Below, one piece after another: positions 56,555 to 64,000 of a stretch of DNA of 64,000 bases. A program made the position numbers and the translations under genes. Position 1 is the stretch's first letter. The number at the start of each line of letters is the position of its first letter. The stretch spans positions 734-64,733 of the forward strand of contig JBBIPP010000006.1 of assembly GCA_037442745.1 (NCBI GenBank). Direction: 5' to 3'. Source of the stretch: an archaeon. GTDB taxonomy: Archaea; SpSt-1190; DYHY01. The notes under the pieces are model-generated. The model saw nothing but the letters and a program-made list of their open reading frames with translations. It did no database searches and was not told where the DNA came from.

Positions 56555-57328
56555 ATGATAATATGGAACGTTGTTGAAAAGCCGAAACTGAAAAAGCCGA
56601 TTCTGGTTGAAGGACTCCCGGGAATCGGGAATGTCGGAAAAGTGGCAAGCGAGTATTTCATTGAGAAATTGAAGGCGAAGAAATTCGCGGAACTCTATTC
56701 GGACCACTATCCCTACCATGTCTTCGTTAACGAGGACGACACCCTAGACTTGCCAAGAAACGAGTTCTACTATTACAAGGGAAAAAAGAAGGGCGAACCC
56801 GACCTGATAATAATAACCGGGGACATCCAGTCAATGACTCCCCACGGCCACTATGAGATTGTAAAGGCAATGCTTGACTTTGTAAAGTCCTATGGAGTTG
56901 ACCAGATATACACTCTTGGCGGTTTCGGAGTACCTGTCCTCCCGAAGGTCCCGAAGGTGATTGGCGCGGTGACTACTCCGGAACTCAAGAAGAAATATGA
57001 AAAGCAAGGAGTAAAGTTCGAAAAGGGCGCAAGAGTCGGAATAATAATTGGCGCATCGGGGCTCCTCCTCGGCCTTGGAAAAGTTGAGGGAATTGACGGA
57101 ATCTGCCTGATGGGCGAGACTCTCTCAAGACCAATGTTCACTGATGCGAAATCAGCAAAACACGTCCTGATAGAGCTCTGCCGGCTCCTGAAGCTGAAGC
57201 TCGACATGAAGGATTTGGACGAGAGGTCTGTCGAGATGGACAGGGCTATTGCGAAAGCAAAAGAGGTCGAGAAATCAATGATGGAGAAATCTGTCGGGAC
57301 CTCTGACGAAATGAGGTATATTGGGTAG
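56555..57328 (+). CDS. Proteasome assembly chaperone (PAC2 family)
   Basis: VEGLPGIGNVGK, GDIQ, TLGG, IGASGLLLG, CLMGET, C-terminal YIG. Confidence 0.93.
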   Translation: MIIWNVVEKPKLKKPILVEGLPGIGNVGKVASEYFIEKLKAKKFAELYSDHYPYHVFVNEDDTLDLPRNEFYYYKGKKKGEPDLIIITGDIQSMTPHGHYEIVKAMLDFVKSYGVDQIYTLGGFGVPVLPKVPKVIGAVTTPELKKKYEKQGVKFEKGARVGIIIGASGLLLGLGKVEGIDGICLMGETLSRPMFTDAKSAKHVLIELCRLLKLKLDMKDLDERSVEMDRAIAKAKEVEKSMMEKSVGTSDEMRYIG

Positions 57329-57823
57329 ATTCTGAGAAAAAACTACTCGGGCCGGAAAACCGCTCAATATTTTGATAGCTCGTCTCTCACTCTTTTGGCA
57401 TCCCTTCTTTCCCCGTTGTATTTCTAGGCTAACCTGTCCCTGAAATCTCCGAAATTCTGTGTTGAGAAAGATTCCGCCTAGAAATATACTGAATTGGAAG
57501 AGGCATATGCTTCTTTTCCCGGAAAGCCTCTGAAAGCGAGCTCTATTTCCTGATATCTGGAAAGCGCTTCGAAAAGCATTCTGGCTTCGAACGCAACCCT
57601 ACCGGGTTGTGCCATCCCTTCTCCGGAAAAACAAGAGTTGCCATCGCCCTTCCTTTTCCAATTTCCTCAGCTTAATACTGAAAATGTGTTCCAATTGAAT
57701 AATTCGATTGCATTGGGGAGAATAGTAACGGAGTTCTCTTTAATTTTAGCTAATTCCTAACTTTAACCCATATTTGGGCCAAAATTCCTAAAATTAGTTA
57801 ATTCGGAGCCAAAGACTGCCGGA

Positions 57824-59086
57824 ATGTTCCGGGAAATTGACTGCGACCTCCACATACACTCCCGGTTCTCAAAAGCCTGCTCACAGGAAATTTCAGTAAA
57901 AACGCTTTCTGAAACTGCGAAAAAAAAGGGGCTCTCACTTGTCGGAACCGGTGATGCCCTCCACCCGGAGTGGCTATCCGAAGTCAAGCAAATGGAATAC
58001 AACGACGAAATCGGTATTTTCACTGCGGAAAACGGGGTCAAATTCATCCTCTCATGCGAAATAGAGGACAAAGACAGCGTGCATCACCTCGCAATTTTCC
58101 CGAACCTCTCCGCGCTCATTGACGTGAAGGAGAAGCTTGAGAACTTCTCGAACAACTTCTCCCTTGACGGAAGGCCGAAAACCGCCCTCTCGGGGGAAGC
58201 TCTTGCGAACACATGCATTGATTCGGGGTGCCTCTTTGGGCCAGCGCACGTTTTCACCCCCTGGACGAGCGTTTTCAAGGAATTCGACACCCTTTCCGCC
58301 TGCTACAAATCAGCATCGAAAGCCATCTCGTTCGTGGAGCTCGGCCTCTCCGCCGACACCTATCTTGCTGACAGGGTGCCTGAACTACGGACGCGCGTTT
58401 TCCTCTCTGGTTCCGACGCCCATTCGGCGAATCCCGGAAGGCTCGGGCGGGAGTTCATGAGGTTTTCCGTCAAATCAATCTCCTTTCAGGAAATTGAGCT
58501 TGCGCTGAAAGGGGATGGCGGAAGGAGAATAGTCTTCAATGCTGGAGTTGACCCGAGAGAGGGCAGGTATTTCTGCACAGCCTGCTCGAAATGCTACCAG
58601 AAATATTCCTTTGATGAGGCGCGGGGCCTGAACTTCTCCTGCATTTCTTGCGGGGGGCGGATGAAGATTGGGGTAAAGGACAGGATTGAAAAGCTCTCGA
58701 AGGGCGAGCAGTCAGAATCCCCGGATGGGAGGCCCCCTTATCAGTACACAATCCCGATGGTTGAGCTAATTTCGCGCTCAATGAGAAAATCCCCTGAAGA
58801 CGCATTGGCAATCTATGATTCGGTTGTCTCCGACTATGGGAGCGAGATACGGATTCTCCTCTCACTTGATCCTGAGGAAATTTCGGGGAAATATCCGGAG
58901 CTGGCTTTCGCAATAGGGAAATTCCGCGCGGGGGAGGCGGTAATTGTCCCGGGGGGCGGGGGGAAATACGGCCAGGTGCTTGTCCCAAAGGATGCGGAGG
59001 AATTGAAAAGGATTGTTGTTGAGCGCGCAGACGAGCTGAACTGCGTCTCCGGGATTTCCCAGAAATCCCTCTCCAAATTCTTCTAG
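57824..59086 (+). CDS. Endonuclease Q family (PHP plus Zn finger, TIGR00375-like)
   Basis: DLHIHSRFS, GTGDALHP, PAHVFTPW, ELGLSAD, SDAHS, LGRE, two CxxC, PGGGGKYG. Confidence 0.9.
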   Translation: MFREIDCDLHIHSRFSKACSQEISVKTLSETAKKKGLSLVGTGDALHPEWLSEVKQMEYNDEIGIFTAENGVKFILSCEIEDKDSVHHLAIFPNLSALIDVKEKLENFSNNFSLDGRPKTALSGEALANTCIDSGCLFGPAHVFTPWTSVFKEFDTLSACYKSASKAISFVELGLSADTYLADRVPELRTRVFLSGSDAHSANPGRLGREFMRFSVKSISFQEIELALKGDGGRRIVFNAGVDPREGRYFCTACSKCYQKYSFDEARGLNFSCISCGGRMKIGVKDRIEKLSKGEQSESPDGRPPYQYTIPMVELISRSMRKSPEDALAIYDSVVSDYGSEIRILLSLDPEEISGKYPELAFAIGKFRAGEAVIVPGGGGKYGQVLVPKDAEELKRIVVERADELNCVSGISQKSLSKFF

Positions 59087-60066
59087 GAGCTCCCTTCTGA
59101 TTTCGCGGAAACAGACACCTTTTTCCGTGCAATCTTGAATACTGTGAATCCTTCGGCATCGAACCTTGCTGAATAGGTCTCCTCAGGAACGGAAATATCC
59201 GGAGGGAGGACGTTTATTGAGAGGACTGAATTGTTCTTTCCGGAAACTGCCCATCCGGACTTTGTTGCGCAGATGTATCTTCCGTCCCCGCAAGGGATTC
59301 CGGCAGAGTCAAAAGAGCCCTTGCCTGAAAATGAAAATGTCTCCGGAATCCTGAGCTGCGCCCCGGCAACAGTTCCCCTGTCTTCCGTCATCTCAATCCC
59401 TTCTGTTCCTGATGTCTTGACTGAGAAAGAGAGGAGGACCGGGAATTCCTTTCCGGAGACTGCCGGCTGCTTTTGGAACTCTGCCTTGAGGGAGACCGGG
59501 CCGATTGTAACTGTCTTTTCCTCCGCTTTCGCCCCCGGGTTCACCCGCGCATATTCCTCTGGAGAGAGCACCCTAATTGACTCGAAAGCCCCTGATATTG
59601 GAAAGGAATACTTCACTTTAACCGAGATTTCCTGAGAGAAGCTAGCTTTTCCGGGGTCGCCCCACATATCCCTTGGCTTTGCGGTTAGTTCGCACATTGC
59701 CTCAAACGATTCCCCGGGAGAAAGCTCCCCGATATAGACATCTGAGCATCCGAGAATGTTTGAGCCGAAATTGTAGAAAACGGCGTTCACGTTCTCGAGT
59801 GAAGTTTTTCCGACGTTTTTTATTTCCGCGGATATCTGCGCGCGCTCGCCCTCTGAGAGGCCGAGTGCCTCGGAAAAGGAGGGGGAAATTTCAAGGACAG
59901 CCCCGGACGAGCTCCCGGTCAGCCCCTGACCGCCGGATCCTCCGGATCCTCCGGATCCTCCGGTTCCTCCGGAGACGCATCCGGAAAGAGCGAAAGCCGA
60001 GAGCAAGGCAACCAATAAAACGAAAATCCCTTCCGAATTATTTTTCCCTTTCATTTTTAAAATCAT
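59083..60066 (-). CDS. Putative lipoprotein with Ig-like domains
   Basis: Lipobox ALSGC followed by a Gly-Ser linker. Confidence 0.75.
   Translation of the reverse strand: MILKMKGKNNSEGIFVLLVALLSAFALSGCVSGGTGGSGGSGGSGGQGLTGSSSGAVLEISPSFSEALGLSEGERAQISAEIKNVGKTSLENVNAVFYNFGSNILGCSDVYIGELSPGESFEAMCELTAKPRDMWGDPGKASFSQEISVKVKYSFPISGAFESIRVLSPEEYARVNPGAKAEEKTVTIGPVSLKAEFQKQPAVSGKEFPVLLSFSVKTSGTEGIEMTEDRGTVAGAQLRIPETFSFSGKGSFDSAGIPCGDGRYICATKSGWAVSGKNNSVLSINVLPPDISVPEETYSARFDAEGFTVFKIARKKVSVSAKSEGSS
59933..59968. repeat. 9-bp tandem repeat (CCGGATCCT x3 plus one variant) encoding the GGS linker
   Basis: Read directly. Confidence 0.85.
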
Positions 60067-61280
60067 TTCCTCACAAGCATTATTTCAAGCTCTCCCGCCC
60101 TGAAGACCCCTCCTTCAGAGGACGAGAAAACTATCAGGTTCTTTCCCATAACGGAGTTCTCGCTCCCGAAAGATGCTGAGACTTTGGATTGTGAAGAAAT
60201 TCTGCTTGAAGTTATTGTCTTTTCCCTGTCGCCGACAATTGAGACTGTGAGAATCCCGGGCGACAGCACCTCACTTACCGAAAATTCTATCCTCCCATAC
60301 ATCCTTCCAGAGCGCAGTAGCTCGTATTCTTCTTTCGTTAGAGTGAATGTCATTGCCGGGCTTCCTTGGGCCCCGCTCTTGGAAGTGAACGCAATTACCT
60401 CAGCCCCTGTTAGCTCTATCTTGGCTCTGGCGTTTTCGGAAATGAAGGTTACCTCGTTCCTTTCAGAGAGCCCGGTTCCGGCAGATGAAAAGTCTACGAA
60501 CACCGGGAGGGAGTTCTCAGAAATCGGCCCCTTCCAAATTGTCATGTTGTTGACTTTTATTGAAATGCTCGCCCCTTGGGTTGCGGAAACTACTGTGAAA
60601 ACAACCCTCCCGAGAACGAAAGAAGAGAGCTCGTCTTTTGAGAGTGTGAATTCGCGCTTTTGGGAGAGCGCCCTCTCATGGCCCACGGAAGAAGCGCTTA
60701 TTGAGACTTCCCTTAGCGTGTAGTATGCTGGAGACCATATTCTCCAACCTGACGAAGTTGTCGAGAAAATTAGAGAGTTTCCGGCCGGCTTGAGAGCGCT
60801 TTTTGACAGGGAAACTTCGATCAAGTCACCTTTCTTCGGGTTTCCCGAATAGACAATTTCTCCGTTCAGGCGGACGAGGAGAAGTCCGAACGAGTTTGTC
60901 GAGTCTATTGAGAAGGAGAGTTTTGCATCTCCGCCGGACGGGCTCTCGAACGAGGAGGAATGCTCTTGGGTAGTGACAATTCCCCTTATAAGGTGTATTG
61001 GGCCCTCCTCCCGCAAAAGTTCGGCAGTATCAATGTTTTGGGAGAGAAAAATTTTCCCAAGATATGAATGCTTAAATCCGTCCCCGCCAGACCCCCCAAT
61101 CAGACCGATTTCCTGTTCAATTGCTATTTTTCTTGGGAGGAACCCGATGAACAGGTCGCTTGTGCTGACTTCTTCAGATGTGAAAAGGGCGAGAATTGAA
61201 AAAAGCACTATTCCTGCGAGAACAACGAGGAAAACGCCTGCGAGGCCCCTTCTCTCCGAAAAGTTGCGCGTTTTCCCCAT
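60063..61280 (-). CDS. Surface protein with class III-like signal peptide
   Basis: ERRG|LAGVFLVVL followed by repeated beta-sandwich-like segments. Confidence 0.65.
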   Translation of the reverse strand: MGKTRNFSERRGLAGVFLVVLAGIVLFSILALFTSEEVSTSDLFIGFLPRKIAIEQEIGLIGGSGGDGFKHSYLGKIFLSQNIDTAELLREEGPIHLIRGIVTTQEHSSSFESPSGGDAKLSFSIDSTNSFGLLLVRLNGEIVYSGNPKKGDLIEVSLSKSALKPAGNSLIFSTTSSGWRIWSPAYYTLREVSISASSVGHERALSQKREFTLSKDELSSFVLGRVVFTVVSATQGASISIKVNNMTIWKGPISENSLPVFVDFSSAGTGLSERNEVTFISENARAKIELTGAEVIAFTSKSGAQGSPAMTFTLTKEEYELLRSGRMYGRIEFSVSEVLSPGILTVSIVGDREKTITSSRISSQSKVSASFGSENSVMGKNLIVFSSSEGGVFRAGELEIMLVRK

Positions 61281-61339
61281 ATTGGGACTGGTGTTCCGCC
61301 ATTTTTTATAAAGATTGGCTGTTTTCCGAAAAAAAACAG

Positions 61340-62410
61340 ATGAAAGTTGTTTTCAGGGATGACAAGGCTGGCGTTGCAAAGCTCCTTGTTGAGAATGCGG
61401 ACGACATATGGCATCTTTCAAACATTGTGACAGAGGACGGAAGCACAATAGCAACAATGCGGACAGTGAGAAAAGTAAAGACAAATTTCGGGGGGGAGAG
61501 GAGCGAGTCTGACAAGGTCGCAGTAACCCTTTCGATTTCGGTTGAAAGGGCGGAATACCACCCCTTCTCCGGCGCCCTTCGGATTTCAGGAAAAGTTGAA
61601 TCGGAAAACGACCTCGTTCCCAAGGGATCTTATCACACGTTCTCGGTCGAGCCGGGAGAAACTGTAAAGCTCGAAAAGAAGGGAGGGTTCTCCCCTATTG
61701 ATTGGGAGAGGGTAAGGAAAGCTCGGGAAGCACAGCCGAAAATATTGATACTACTGCTTGACAGGGACGAGGCGAATTTCGCAATTGCCTCCGGGGAAGG
61801 AATAAATTGGCTCTCTTCCTTCGAGTCAAGCCTTCCGCCGAAAACTGAAAAGGGCGAATATGAGGCATCAATGAAGGAGTATTTCTCAAGGGTTTTCTCC
61901 GCTCTCGAAAGCTTCTCAAAAAGAGCGGATTCCGTAATTGTCGCGGGGCCCGGGAACGCAAAGGAGAACTTTTCGGACTATGTTGGAAACAGGGTGAAAT
62001 TCTCGCTTGCGTCCGCTAGCTCGGCCACCCGGGCCTCCCTGAAGGATTTGCTAGAGGGCGAAGGAAAGAGGATTCTTGAGGAAACAAGAATTGGGAGGGA
62101 TATTGGAATTGTCGACTCTGTTTTCGCGCGCCTTGCAAAGAACCCGGGAAGAGTCTCTTACGGCCTAGCCCAAGTGAGGGAAGCTTCAGTCAAGGGCGCT
62201 GTTGAATCATTGATTATTTCGGAAGGCCTGATAAAAAAGTCCCGGCTAGAGGGGAGTTTTCCGGTGCTTGAAGGGGCAATCAAGTCTGTTGAGGATTCGG
62301 GAGGCTCGGTCTTTGTGGTTTCGGAGACGCACGAGGCTGGGCAGAAAATAGCTGGCCTCGGGGGGGTTGTGGCAATCCTGAGATATGAGCTCTTTCCCGG
62401 AAGCGCCTGA
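61340..62410 (+). CDS. pelA: mRNA surveillance protein pelota
   Basis: DDIWHLS, LRISG, GSYHT, VAGPG, HEAGQKI..LGGVVAILRY. Confidence 0.93.
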   Translation: MKVVFRDDKAGVAKLLVENADDIWHLSNIVTEDGSTIATMRTVRKVKTNFGGERSESDKVAVTLSISVERAEYHPFSGALRISGKVESENDLVPKGSYHTFSVEPGETVKLEKKGGFSPIDWERVRKAREAQPKILILLLDRDEANFAIASGEGINWLSSFESSLPPKTEKGEYEASMKEYFSRVFSALESFSKRADSVIVAGPGNAKENFSDYVGNRVKFSLASASSATRASLKDLLEGEGKRILEETRIGRDIGIVDSVFARLAKNPGRVSYGLAQVREASVKGAVESLIISEGLIKKSRLEGSFPVLEGAIKSVEDSGGSVFVVSETHEAGQKIAGLGGVVAILRYELFPGSA

Positions 62411-62975
62411 CTAGTTCCGGGCAGTTCTGTCTTTCACCAGCCTTTTTCCGAGATGTTTCGTGCAGTTTATTGGAATTGGCCTGAAAGTTTTCCAGTCGAA
62501 CAAGATTAATGGGGCTGACGCGTTTCCGACTTTTTCCTCAATTCAGAAAAGCCAATTCAGCAAGTTGAGGATTGCGCCTCCTTGGGTAACAATAACAACG
62601 TTCTCTTTCGGATGCGCCTTTTCACATCCGAATTGGTCTCCCTTACGCCCCTCGGCCGGAAGCTCCAGTTTTCACAAACGGATTTTTCGGCAGCAAAACG
62701 TGGCTCGTGCAACGGCTTTCCCCGGAATTAGCCGAGATTCCTATCAATCAGTTTGTCCAAGAAGTGTATTTTCCTGAATTTGTGGTGCCCGGCAATTTCA
62801 GAAGAGTCTCTATTCAAGCCCGAGGTAGCTAGAATTGAAGGAAGATATTTTCTCGTCCTTCGGGCGCTCAGCGGTTTTTTAGCCTGAATGCAACCAAGTT
62901 TGGCGAGGGAAAATTGAGTCCGGCCCCGGACAATTCTCGCAACATTCTCCTTCGTTTCGGTGTCGGACAGTTATC
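62411..62975 (-). pseudogene. Histidine phosphatase (phosphoglycerate mutase family) pseudogene
   Basis: Manual translation across shifts: ITVRH/ETKENVARIVRG..LGCIQAK..KDEKI..SS..DRNLG* and HPKENVVIVTQGGAI..GNAS..NCTKHL. Confidence 0.75.
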
Positions 62976-63071
62976 CTCCCAATGAGGCGGTCTTTGGGAG
63001 TGGGGCAACTACCTTAATTTCTGTCATTTACCCAAAACATAAATAGAAAATCGGCATTCATCCGAATCCGG

Positions 63072-64000
63072 ATGATAAAACTCAGGGGAAGGAGAATTGA
63101 AATTGAGACTGGCGGAAGGAAAATCGCGCTCTTGAACAAGGAGGATGCTGGAGAGGTCGGGCTCCATCCAAACGACAGGGCAATACTTCGGCACAACAAT
63201 ATTGAAAAAATCTTCCTTGTCGATGTTACTCGGAATGTTGTGAATAGGGGGGAAATAGGGCTCTTCGAGGGGAACACCGATGATGACGAAAGAATGGACG
63301 GAAAAATTGTCCAAGTCGAGCCGGCAAAGTCCCCAAGAACAACTGGCTTCATAAAGCGCAGGCTATCAGGGGAATATCTCGCGCCTGCGGAAATAAAAGA
63401 GATAATTTCAGATGTTGTCGAAAACAAGCTTTCCGACATTGAAGCGGTCTTCTTCATGGGCTCGTACTATAGCCACGATTTCAACGAAGAAGAGCTCTCT
63501 GCCCTTGCAGAGGGCATGGCGGAGGCCGGAAAAACCCTCTCTTTCCCTGGAAAGCTTGTTGCAAGCAAGCACTGCACTGGAGGGGTTCCGGGAAACAGGA
63601 CAACAATGCTCGTAATACCTATTTGCGTTGCGGCAGGCCTCACAATGGCGAAGACTTCCGCTAGGGCAATATCTTCACCTGCAGGAACCTCTGATGTAAT
63701 GGAAGTTCTCTGCTCGGTTGACCACACTTTCGAGAGCGTTACGAAAATTGTGAACACTGTCGGCGGATGCATAATATGGAACGGGGCTGTCAACCTCTCG
63801 CCTGCTGACGACCGGCTGAACCAATTAAGATATCCATTGAGGCTCGACCCTGAGCCCTTCCTCCTTGCAAGCATTCTCTCGAAGAAAAAGGCGGAAGGGG
63901 CGAAAAAGGTCCTGATTGACATCCCGATTGCTCGGGGAGGGAAGTTCGAGACAGAAGAGAAAGGCAGGCATCTTGCCCAAAAATTCAGGCGTCTCGGGAA
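63072..64000 (+). CDS. AMP phosphorylase (thymidine phosphorylase family), truncated by window end
   Basis: Not in ORF track. MIKLRGRRIEIETGG..., KHCTGGVPGNRTT, KTSARAISSPAGTSDVMEVL, ASILSKK, IDIP. Confidence 0.92.
   Translation, partial: MIKLRGRRIEIETGGRKIALLNKEDAGEVGLHPNDRAILRHNNIEKIFLVDVTRNVVNRGEIGLFEGNTDDDERMDGKIVQVEPAKSPRTTGFIKRRLSGEYLAPAEIKEIISDVVENKLSDIEAVFFMGSYYSHDFNEEELSALAEGMAEAGKTLSFPGKLVASKHCTGGVPGNRTTMLVIPICVAAGLTMAKTSARAISSPAGTSDVMEVLCSVDHTFESVTKIVNTVGGCIIWNGAVNLSPADDRLNQLRYPLRLDPEPFLLASILSKKKAEGAKKVLIDIPIARGGKFETEEKGRHLAQKFRRLG

Overview
Archaeal chromosomal DNA, most likely from a DPANN lineage. The pilin style and the fused PriS-PriL primase suggest Micrarchaeota/Aenigmarchaeota, which is an inference. 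Layout: (1) 1-14 kb, a minus-strand type IV pilus locus with two tandem pilins, two TadB/C-type platform proteins, an assembly ATPase, five pilin-like proteins and a ~1690-aa repeat-rich adhesin. (2) 14-18.7 kb, a five-gene upper mevalonate operon. (3) KaiC-like ATPase, radical SAM protein and a divergent TBP with a Lys/Pro repeat tail ending in a MinD-like amphipathic helix. (4) A Fur-family regulator with a 7-1-7 box heading cbiMNQO. (5) A second surface-protein cluster, tRNA-Ser(GGA), gltX and a frameshifted AT-rich nuclease gene. (6) The conserved archaeal translation/transcription/replication gene strings (rpl7ae to rps24e; rpoL to PAC2), broken up by accessory genes, several decayed pseudogenes absent from the ORF track, and a pyrophosphatase homolog that has lost its catalytic motif. 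No CRISPR array, rRNA, transposase or reverse transcriptase was seen. All family calls come from motif recognition by eye, not database searches.
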